DNA from: Antedon mediterranea
Taxonomy: Eukaryota > Animalia > Echinodermata
Length of the DNA stretch: 64,000 bases
Assembly (NCBI RefSeq): GCF_964355755.1
Contig: NC_092678.1
Location: 22,771,365 to 22,835,364 of the forward strand
Reading direction: 5' to 3'
A model generated the notes under the pieces. The model saw only the letters and a list, made by a program, of their open reading frames with translations, did not search any database and was not told the origin of the DNA. A program made the translations under genes and the position numbers. Below, in pieces: positions 1-11,277 of this stretch (position 1 is its first letter; each line of letters opens with the position of its first letter).

Positions 1-394
1 TACGCGCGCTTAAAATTGTCAAAATTTATTTTCGATGAAATAAGAGTACGTTTCAGGCAATTTTAAGCGTTTACAAAATTGCGCATATTTTTGCGCGCGC
101 ACTGCGCGTTCAATGTTATTGCGCACTCTTTTTGCCCGATTTCTGTTTTCTTGACTTACTTTTCAACTCGAAATTACGTTATACGAGCACGTCAAAAGTG
201 ACAGGCTACGCACGTGTAAATTAAAAAAATATAAATGTTTTTAAACATTTCAACATTTTTAAACATGTTCAGTAATTTCGGTCAGTATAGTTCACTATGT
301 CGGTCGGTCTGTCGGTCTGTCGGTCTGTCGGTCTGTCTGTCGGTCCGGTATCACTATGCATTGTAGCACGCGACTTAATGGCTGTTGGCCTTGT
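1..394 (+). mobile_element. 3' part of a Helentron/DINE-1-like non-autonomous element (HINE)
   Basis: Matches 36165-36560. GTCY microsatellite, subterminal repeat cacgcgact, short terminal hairpin, ends in TT context. Confidence 0.75.
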
Positions 395-1451
395 TAATTT
401 GAAGACCTCTATTGAGATAAAAAAAAACATCACTGTAGTAGATTTTAATCTACTACAAAACCTGTTATTGACACCAACTGTGAACTACTCTATAATGTAT
501 ATGTATTTACTATTTATTTTTCTCAATTTATTCAATAACACTAAACTGTTCTTTCCCCAAATGTAAACTTGATGACATTATTTTTCTGTATGTTAATTAC
601 ATAACAATTATAGAATCTTCTTTTCAGTTAGTTATATCATCTCATTAACAGAATAAAGGATTTAGAATAAAAATTCGATATTTTTTTTCTGTACACATTA
701 TGCTTGGCATGAATCATTACATTTATTTTATGCATTTCACGTAACACCATCTACATAGATACATTCTGGTAGCCATTGACGTAAAGTTGTTGATTGAATT
801 TCTTCTTATAAAATAGTATCGCAGATTTTCATTTACAACACTACATTTGAGGTTATAGAGACTTTTAATATAATGCCTATACTTCGCCTTATCACCGATA
901 TTTCCCAATTTTGAAATTCTTTTTATTCTGACCGAGCAGTAGCAGTGTTTATTTCCAGAAGAATACGACACATGTCAGTTTGTGTTGAGAATAAACGATT
1001 TTATTTACCAAATTGTACAAGTTATCTGAAATATACTGTCATTGTTTACATTTAAGAATTTAATTTTTGAAAACTTTGAATGCGGTAAAAGTAGACAACG
1101 TATATTTATGTAAAATACTTCTTTCGTCGTCTAAGGTGAGTGTGCTGCCACCTATATTGCTGTGTTCACGCTCGAGTAAGCTCATTTGCATTCTTTCTTC
1201 ACCAGATGTATTTTTTGTTTATGGCGTTCCAGCCCACGTGTCTGAGATGTGTTTACTATTGCTATGTTGTGCGGAAGTTTTTAAGAAAGAAATCTAGGCC
1301 CGACACTTGTCAAGCCAGGACTCAAGGAATGACGGGGTAAGCTTGCATTAACTTATATTCATTTAATGTAGAACTAGTAGGTCTAGCCACATTTTAGTAG
1401 TACAGTGGTTAGCTTTAATGATACCCGTACGAGTAATGTACAGTAGGGCCT

Positions 1452-3022
1452 TCCAAAGTTTTACCTTCAACCTATTGAATATACAGTTAACAGTTGAATT
1501 TAGAAGAGCATGCTAACCTGGGCAGTATGCCTTTATTTTATAGAAATATGATGAAGTCTGTTGTAAAATTAAACAATATCATACATGTAAAACCAAAAAC
1601 TACCATGGAAATAAAGAGCCAACAATTATGGGAAAACAGACATATCGTATTGAACAATAAATCTATGTATTTTAAAGTATGGTTATCTTCTGGGTTTAAA
1701 ACAATCGGAGATATTTACATGAATGATAGAGTACTTTCACCTTGTGAAATATTTCCTAAACTGTATAAACGGCATAACGCCTTAATTGAATATATGCAAT
1801 TGTTAAAAGCCATACAAAAAGAGTGGAAAGAAATTATTGAAAAAGGTAATACAAAAAGGGAAGACAATAGTATTCCTAGTCTACGACTTTATATGAAAAA
1901 TAAAGGAACCGTCTTCTATAATCATTTTATTAATAGATGTTCAAAAATACCAAATTCACAAACAAAATGGGAAATAGAACTAGGTAAGGTAGACATTGAT
2001 TGGAGTAATGTTTGGTACTATAAAGTTTATAGACTAAAACATATACCCAAAGTTGCTCAATTTAATTTTAAACTTCTGCATAGAATACTACCATGTAAAA
2101 AACGATTGAAAATCTGGAACTTAGCAGGTAATGATTTATGTGATAAATGTATAAACAAGGTTGAAACTGAAAAACACATGTTATATAAATGCAGTGTAAT
2201 TCAATGGATATGGCTTAAATTTAAAAATGTCATAGCTAAGAGCTTTTCAAACGAAGACCCAATAACTTGGACTACAATGATTACTGGATCAAATAACATA
2301 ATTGTAAATGAATTAATTTCATTATTTGTATTCTCTATATATAAGTTGCATATATTAACAAAACCTGAAAAAAAAGGAAACAACTATGAAAAAAAGATCT
2401 GGAATCTTTTTATTACTGAAGTAAAGCATTTAATTGAAAATGAGTATAAGTGCTACTACTTTAAAGCTCAATGTAAATGGGGAGATATAAAGCAAAATCT
2501 CCTTAAATTAATGAAATAAAAAAAAATGCTATTTTTATCTCTTAAATACATTGTATATAGGCCTAGTAACTATATTAGTTTTAAGAAAAGTCATCCGGGT
2601 ATGAAGCGACTCACATACACACAGAGCCAAAATATTACCTTGGACTTGCACTTTATTCTTTATATTCTTCCCCTGCGTTTATAGCCTCTCTACCCAGACA
2701 ACGGACACGAACAGAATAAAACAACAATAATAACTTTTTCATAAGTTTTTTTTTTTTTTTTCAATCAATTTTTATCGTCAGTTTACTGCCATCGACATAT
2801 TTTAATTAATTGTATTTTTAAAAATGTATATGAATGTAAATGTGGTTACTTCTTAACATCAAAATAATCTTAGTCTTATGTATATACTGTTCAAAAGATA
2901 TGTATTTTTTTAACAATGTACCTTATAAATAAGAGAATTATATAAATGTGCATATATACATATATTATTTATATTTATAGAACTATAATAAAAGTGGGAC
3001 GAACCCACACAAGACAAAAAAA
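1452..3022 (+). mobile_element. 5'-truncated L1/Tx1-type LINE (ORF2 C-terminus with zinc-knuckle)
   Basis: ORF 1494-2519 contains FKLLHRILP...CDKC...ETEKHMLYKC. Poly-A tail. Target-site duplication aatgtacagtagggcct at 1435-1451 and 3023-3039. The empty site is present in the paralogous flank near 52400. Confidence 0.88.
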
Positions 3023-3804
3023 AATGTACAGTAGGGCCTGTCAATACTGGACGCATTCTTGTATTGGAAGTTAGACTAGTGTTCTTTCTTGTAAGTCGGT
3101 AATGCGTGAAACATGAATATTCATATTACTACCTTATTAAATATGCATGATTCTGCATCGCATACATAAGGGAAAAAAATAATGCGTAATGGACAGATAT
3201 AAAGACCATTAACAAAGTTTAATAACAATAAACAAAACTTGTACAATAAATCGAGTCAAATGGAATTTGATCAAGTTATATTATAAAAAAAAATACACAC
3301 TCATAAAACTAATTTATAATTTTTAAAACGATTATTAAAAACTAATAAAATGTATCCTCCGTTTAGGCCTATATAATCAATATTATAAATTAAAATATAA
3401 AAATATTAAGGCCCGATAACGATCGACAATAAATAGATAAACGTTTTTTCTTACATAAACCAAAATAGATTCAAAAGTTATCCTATACTTCTAGGATAAA
3501 CAATAGGCCAATATCAATAATAATAAATAACAATAATATTTTTTTTCTAATTTTAAAATGTTTATACATACCCTGTATTTAAAATAGATACAACACCACA
3601 ATAATTAGTAATTAGTTTATTAGAGCAACAGTAAGATTGTCTCCAGATACTTTACTTTAAAAAATACTACAAATAATAGATAAGATCATTGAATTATCAT
3701 CGTTATTCAGAAGGTAGTATTTAAACAGTGTAGGCGACATTTTGATTCAATATGCGAAACGCAAATACCGTAATATGTTATTTAAATAAATTTAGCCTAA
3801 TTAA

Positions 3805-3996
3805 TTATGACTGAAGGTAAATAGCAATAACAAGACCTACCCATAAGAAAATATAAATGGTTAAAATTAATAATAAAAAGCGAAATATATCCTCATAAGA
3901 ATAGAAGAAAATAATAGTTAAAATTATTAAATATATTAAAACTATATGCAAAATATTTAAAAGACGAAATAAATGCGATTTAAATATAGGTTTACA
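3805..3996 (-). other. In-frame hydrophobic 2-TM tail lying behind the gene A stop codon
   Basis: After TAA (3997-3999) the same frame continues CKPIFKSHLFRLLNILHIVLIYLIILTIIFFYSYEDIFRFLLLILTIYIFLWVGLVIAIYLQS*, ending identically to gene B (WVGLVIAIYLQS). Confidence 0.8.
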
Positions 3997-6900
3997 TTAG
4001 TTTACATACACCAACTCTTCTATTTCAAATGTTTTGTGATTCCCTTCATTTCTTAAAACAAATTTTGTTATTAATGATGTTTTGTCAATCTTCGTAACGT
4101 CATTTCCATTGATAGATATCATGTCACTTTTGATCATTATATGATTTTTATAACATTCTCTTAGCATTTTATTTACAATAGTACCTGTTAAATTACAATC
4201 ATTCATAGAAAGATGTTTTAAGTTTGGAAATATAATAAATATATTAGCTAGTGTACTTCCGTTGAATGATGATAGGTTGAAGCCATCAAAATTAAGATTA
4301 TCCCATCTTAACCTATAACGACTAGGTGATATTAAAAGATCGTGTAATTGTTTAACTGACATATCACTTGGTATAATGTCTAATTTTTTCTTTACTTCGG
4401 TATCAATATCTGAAAGATCAATTCCTTCTAAGTTGATAAAAATGTCTTTTGGCTTTAGATAGTTTATATCTACTTCATTAAACATGTCACCTATTTGTTT
4501 GCTTGATAATCGAGAATTGGCCACTTTGAAAGTTTCTAAATCTTTGGAAGTGTTTAATATACGACCTAATAGAGATCCATTGATAAACTCCGGATTTTTG
4601 GTGTCGAGTCTAAAACTCTTCAATTTAACAAAAGCTTTACTATGTTCACATTCTTCTAACATTGTGTTAATATGTGAACCACCTATATTACAACTCATAT
4701 AACGTATGTTGAGCTCTCGTAAATTTGGAAAGTTTTGAATTAATTTACACATCTGTGAGTCAATTGTAGTGTTATATTCGAAGCAATCAATAGTCCACCA
4801 AAAATTATGTACTTCCTCACCAAAACGATATTTTTTCCATTCGTCTGAGAGGATTTTAAGAGCTTTATCACCCCATTTATGAAGTAATTGTATCAAAAAG
4901 ATGCTTCGATCTGCAAACTTATACAGATATCCTAATAAGATTTCAACGTGTGCTACTAACCTACATACATTATCAGATGACTCAATGTTTGATTCTTCTA
5001 TGATTGATATAGTTTTAAATATTCCTATTTCCCCCTTGTTTGTAAAATCATCTGCAAACAATTTCATTTGTTGAAATAAGTGCAAATCTTTTTCATATAA
5101 CAACTTAAAAGAATTTTTAAAATTGTCAACATGCATTTTCATTTCTGATGACATATGTTTATCCAATGATGTCAATACTTTTTGTTCGTGCTCTTGATTT
5201 ACATATTTAAAATACTCTAAAAAAGAGTAATAATTTGAGAGCCTATTTACCAACCAGTGTTTTATTAATTTATCTGCATTAGGACCTAGAAAACTAATAG
5301 TGAAAACTCTTGCCATGTGTAAATATTCGCTCGTCCTTAAGTTCTCGCATTCCTCAGATGTTAAAGTATCAATTTTGTTAGACAAGTAAAACCCGGCTAG
5401 CGCTTGTGACCATAACTTATGTGGACATCTGTAAGTCTCTACAGAATCATCCTGAACAGTAGGGTCATCTTTGTAAACAAATCCTATTTTCAACGATAAG
5501 TCAGCCAAAGTTTCATTTCTTACTAGTTCAAGTAATTGTATTTTAGTAAAATGAAGTTTATTTGTTTGTAAACCAATGTAACTTATTTTTCCTAATATTA
5601 AAATTGCATTTTTATAGTCAGTTGAAATGTTGTCAAAGTTGGATATCCGTTTTTGCTCATTACTTCTGTTAATGTACTGATTTAAAATGGAACGGAAGAT
5701 TTCTTTCAAAAAACGTTGAAAATCTTTTGTAATTATTTGTTCGTGTTGCCATATAACACACATTTTAAGTAATAAAAATGGGGATGAAAACAGTTCAAAT
5801 ACATTTTTGTGATCACCACCCCAATTATTTTTCACTGAATCAAGTTTGAATTCGTCAATCAATAACTGGCCCAGATTAGAGTTGAAATTGAAATGTCTAT
5901 TTATATATGGTTTTATGTTTTCTGTAGAGAATCCTTCTACTTTTACATATACATCAAAATGCCTACGTACACTTTCAGTAAAACCCGGTCGTGAAGTCAG
6001 AATAACTGTGCTGTCTTCCAATTCTTCTCTTTTTAGTATCAGTAGAATATCTACCCCAGATGTTAACTCATCTAATCCATCTATCAGAAGAACTAAATCT
6101 TTGTCGTATGTCTCTACAAAAGTTCTTATAATAGTTTCATTTACATAGATACCTGTTTTTTTACGAGATTTCTTCAGCTTAACTGAATCAACAATTAAAT
6201 CTGTGATTGTTTGTCCTTCTTTGATGTCTCTGAGGTTTACAAGAAATAATATTTTACCAGCAAACGTACTATCGTTATTTGTCGCCCAGTTATAAGATAA
6301 ATATTGAAGCAAGGTTGTCTTACCAATTCCACCATTTCCTACCATTAATACTTTACAGGAGTCTTTAGACTTTATAATATCCAATAATTCTTGTAATGAT
6401 GCGTCGACTTTTCTTTTTTCTATATGTAGTACTGGATCTGTGAACATCTGTGAAATGTCATACGGATGATTTTCTCCCCATGTTGGTGGTATTATATTTG
6501 GGTCTTCGAATTTTTTTCTCTGTTCTGCTGTTATGAAGTTTCGAATAAGCTGATCTGAAATGAAGACAATCTATGAAAGTATAAACCGAACAGGCTTTTT
6601 TTTTTGCAAATTTCAACGTTAGGTAGCGGCTATTAAATACTAATTTCATAATAGAAAATTAATAATAAACATTACCTTCTGTTAATTCGCAATCTGAAAA
6701 CCTGTTTGCAAAAACGTGGAATAAGTATGAGAGTATGACAGCTGAGATGACAACAATAAATGCAAAGACCATCGCTAAAGCTAAACAAATGTAAGGTATA
6801 TTTCAGGATTACTGAAGGGCATGCACGGTTTAAGTTCATTTGATGATTACTTTTTTTATTAAGTTATAGAAAAGATGCTTTTGAATACATTGCTTCTTAT

Positions 6901-8675
6901 TTTGATTTGTGGTAGGTCAATGTTACATTGTGAATTTATTTTACGATATTATTTATGCTTACCGATATGTGTACTTGGTTTAGATTTAGATTTCCTGTTA
7001 CCTGTAGGTTAGAAATAAAATTACAATACGTAACAAAATTAAAATCCCAATAAACGTCATTAACCCATGACGTCATTTACCCAAATAACGTCATTTACTC
7101 ATAACCAATACTATTATTTTTGTGTCTGTTGTGACACCATAGATCATTCTCTATGACTCTTTTTTCCAAGATGATGGAGTGGTTATGAAAAATATCGCAA
7201 TTGGATTTATGTTATAATGGTTTGCGCCACCTACGGGTCAATATCATCATTACATTATATGATAATGAATGGTGCATGTAGCTCACGTCACTGTATTGTG
7301 TTTCATACACATCTATCACAGTCTTACAGTATTTGTAGTTACATAATATTTGAATGTTCAATCCTTTTTCCCTATCTTGTTTAGTATTCACTGGATTTGA
7401 TAATGATGTTACTGGATAGGCTAAGCTCCATACCTGTAGAAATTGATATCGGTGTTGGTGTCGATGCTGAAGCCGATGTTTGAATAACTGTAGGCTGATA
7501 GGGTTTTGCTGATAGAAATACAAAAAGAAATCAAAATATAATATAAGTTTAAACTTAACCAACTAACTAAAAACAGGAACATTTTTAGATTATCTGAAAT
7601 TGCTGTACATATGGTTTTATGCTTCTTACAGTTATTTTTATGTTCTAGGCCTAAATTTAAATTTAAAATAAAATTTTAAATAAGTTAAAAAATTTTAACA
7701 ATTGCAACCATACCCACTGCACCCTTCTGTCACTGGCTAGTCTGCTACATACCTGTGGGAACTACCATTGTTGTAGCTGAAGCCGGTATCAAGGTAGGCT
7801 GATAGAATGTTGCTGTAAGTTATATTCATATGCACAAAAGAAATGAAGATATAAGTTTAAACTTCACCAAAATGTTACTAAAATTGAAATATACAGTATT
7901 TCCAGAAACTATAAAGACCCCATGAAAATCTTAAATAATTTAGTTTGAATTAATATCTTTGTTATTTTGAAATTATTATTTTCAAATAAATGCCATGGCC
8001 TTTGATATAGTTTAGTTGTTTAGAGGAAATACGCTCAAGCCATCATTGATTTTGCATGATGTACTACACGGTAAATCCGTGATTAATAATAAATATTATT
8101 ATTTTCTAAAACAAATTTAATGAGCAAATAAAAAAGAATCTCAATCGAGATGTGGTAGGCATACCCAGTAGAATATGTTGTGCTACATTGTTTAGTAGTT
8201 TTGCAAATATTTCAATTTGTTCTCGTGAATCCAAGTTTCCGTTTTTCTCAATGTGATATACAACATCCCAAATGTTGTCGTAGTTGAAGGCACACAGCTT
8301 GTAGAAATCAATAACATTTTGTAAGTCATTTTTGTCTACGTTAATAAGCGTTGTAAACAGTGCTCTGCGGTAGTTGGTTATTATTGTCTCTGATGTGTTA
8401 TTACTGCATTGTACAGTATTCTTGTATTCTGTTGTACAATTTATCGCTGATTCCTGATTAGTTACTTCAGCAATGTCCAACAACAGCCTCACATCAGTTT
8501 TTGAGATAAATCGATTGCGAGTAAGAGTATTAAATAGGCCCATGGCTGACTGATCTAGACCGCCAATAGGTATAATACCACATAGAAGCATTCTTAACTT
8601 CCTAACGTCCACGCCAGCATAGGATTTGCTAAGTTTTTCCAGAAACATTTGGTATTTAACATCATTTTCGTCCAT
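3997..8675 (-). CDS. NLR-like gene A: tandem DED-like - S/T/P linker - TM - NACHT - LRR (~1115 aa, 6 coding exons)
   Basis: Exons 8165-8675, 7753-7812, 7434-7508, 6963-7001, 6676-6780 (LAMVFAFIVVISAVILSYLFHVFA) and 3997-6554. All introns are GT-AG and phase 1, and the total is 3348 nt in frame. Walker A GNGGIGKTT, Walker B LLIDGLDE, sensor ILTSRP, LRR-like FPNLxxLxM repeats. Confidence 0.85.
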
Positions 8676-10339
8676 TTTTAATCTGAAAACAAAAACCTAT
8701 TAGTAAAAAACTCACAATATTAACACAATTTGGAACAATTTTCATACATTGTAGCCAGCTAAGGACAAGAAAAATTGTTCAAATGTAAGCAATTAATGTG
8801 TAGGCCTAACTTTCTAACTATGCATAGTCCCAAATGTTCAACACACTCTGACCTGAAGAATCTTTAGTTTAAACTACATTATGCCTACTAATTCAATATC
8901 AACATTACAGTTATTACCAACAATATAACTGACCTATTTCTATGTATTGGAAATAACAGCCTTATAAATTAAAATTCCATTTTTTTTCAATATTCATCAA
9001 CAGTATTTCTTTCTTTTTTCCCATTATCTCAATTTTTTGCCGATTGAAGTTTGATCAGATGCCTCGTAAACTGATCGAAGAACTATATAATACTAGGCCT
9101 ATATGTACTGATTTATACTTTACCAGTTGTTGTTTCTTTCTGATGAACAGTAACGGTAGGCGTATTCAAAATCAACAAGACAAGTTCCAAAATGGTTGCT
9201 GTACACTGAACCGTAACATCTCAGGGTTGACTTTATCGTTTTTTCATTTTAATCTCTACTTGTTTTTTTGTCTGACGTTTTTCTGAGTCTTCTCCTAGTG
9301 TAGGCCTATGCCTACTGTTAAATCCAATTCAGAAGAGTTTGCAACAAAACTGATTTATTGAACCTGAACCTGTGTAGATCCTATTTTAATGCACTTGTCG
9401 TGCTAAATAAATTGCCTAGGAATATAATGGCGACAACAAGTATTTTGAAGTATTGTATGTAGAGTATTGTATATTATTCAGTAATTATTCTATTTCACTG
9501 AAGCGTGTTTGAACGGGTCAACGTCACAATAACGAACTTTTGTGAAGAACCTGTTAATATTATACAGAAAGTGCCATATAAATATGATATTAGGGACTTT
9601 TAGATCTGAGTGAACGTGCACGACGTTCACGTCTACATGGGTCGTAGTCTATGAGTGGACATTACGTTGACGTGCCAGTGATCTTACTGCGTAACCTCTA
9701 GTATAGCTATTCCATCACTGGGTCGGTGGATGGGCTTATTAGGTCAGGCTAAGTTTGTAGCTTGGCTTAGCCTAGATCCTTAATTTTCTGAACAAATGTT
9801 GGCGTCCTAGTGATAAAACTTAGGCCAAAACCTGTAGTATTTTTTTTTTAGTTTCTTGTGAGCTTTATTCAATCAATCATATTATTTTTTTAGTCATAAT
9901 AATGTGTAGTATTATATTTGCAATTTTTTTTGTAAATATATTTGTAGCCTAGGCTATATAACAATAACACGTGAAGTAAAATATCGAGTCGTTAAAGAGA
10001 CAATAAGCAATAATCGTATATGAGGGTTTAAATGTTAAAAAACTGAACATTATAATAACATTTTAAATTATAAGACCAGAATAGTTTATTCATTTAGATA
10101 AAATCGAGAATGATAAATATTTTGTTCATGATACGTTGAGATTTTAGATATTAAAATATTTGTTAAGGAGATTAGTATAAATTGTTTTTTTCAATAGACC
10201 TATTTCTATTTTTCGGTGTTAAAATAAAATGTTTATTATAATTATTAAAATTAGCTCTTTATTTAAAATAACCAATAAAAATCGATAAGTCACAGTTTGT
10301 AAATATAATTAATGTACTTTATTTACTACATTCTCAGAA

Positions 10340-10571
10340 AATCGCGAGACCATTCTCAGAAAATCACTGCGAGACCATTCTTCTCCGCCAATCATCGCGA
10401 GACCATTCTCCGCCAATCATCGCGAGACCATTCTCGGCCGCCAATCATCGCGAGACCATTCTTCTCCGCCAATCATCGCAAGACGATTCTCCGCCAATCA
10501 TCGCGAAACCATTCTCCGCCAATCATCGCGAGACCATTCACCGCCAATCATCGCGAGACCATTCTCCGCCA
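10340..10571. repeat. 25-bp minisatellite (ccgccaatcatcgcgagaccattct)n
   Basis: About 9 tandem units without spacers; paralogous array at 50530-50818. Confidence 0.9.
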
Positions 10572-10805
10572 TGATTCGTGGTAAACGTTTGCAGTGATAT
10601 GACGTCATACATCCACTCGTCAAAGAGCGAACGCGCCAAATGCCACGTGAACATGCCAGTCGCCTAGCGCGCACGACCATATCATAAGAATGACGTCATA
10701 GTGTAACAGTCGGCACAGTGGACGTGCAAAAAACTCCCGTATTAAATGAGGAACGTTGAAAAGACAATAAAAATAAGTCTACAATTACTATTACCGTATA
10801 GTATG

Positions 10806-11277
10806 TACCACTGTAGGCCCATACTACTGTAGGCCTATACCACTGTAGGCCTATTATCCAATATAGGCCCATACTACTGTAGGCCTATACCACTGTAGGC
10901 CTATTATCCAATATAGGCCCATACTACTGTAGGCCTATACCACTGTAGGCCTATTATCCAATATAGGCCCATACTACTGTAGGCCTATACCACTGTAGGC
11001 CTATTATCCAATATAGGCCCATACTACTGTAGGCCTATTATCCAATATAGGCCCATACTACTGTAGGCCTATTATCCAATATAGGCCCATACTACTGTAG
11101 GCCTATACCACTGTAGGCCTATTATCCAATATAGGCCCATACTACTGTAGGCCTATACCACTGTAGGCCTATTATCCACTATAGGCCCATACTACTGTAG
11201 GCCTATACCACAGTAGGCCTATTATCCAATATAGGCCCATACTACTGTAGGCCTATTATCCAATATAGGCCCATACA
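10806..11277. repeat. Satellite of 16-18-bp units (ccactgtaggcctata) with ~50-bp higher-order repeat
   Basis: Directly visible tandem array; abuts the start of the segmental duplication at 11278. Confidence 0.9.

Noticed and set aside
297-566. MSVGLSVCRS-type ORFs (also 36451, 59336, 59500)
   Set aside because: Translations of the GTCY microsatellite inside HINE elements.
723-1340. Short ORFs conserved at 11526-12143
   Set aside because: Identity reflects the recent segmental duplication; the older copy near 51660-52290 has indels breaking them.
4484-6148. Plus-strand ORFs overlapping NACHT exons (also 16978, 24852, 26133, 31209, 33054, 54300)
   Set aside because: Antisense shadows of the real coding frame.
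6458-6649. Frameshift at the start of the gene A NACHT exon
   Set aside because: The NACHT frame is open from the acceptor at 6554 (DQLIRNFITAEQRKKFEDP); the listed ORF is a different frame.
10340-10571. 25-bp repeats (also 50530-50818 and 61890-62125) as a CRISPR array
   Set aside because: Units are directly adjacent with no unique spacers, there are no cas genes, and the context is eukaryotic.
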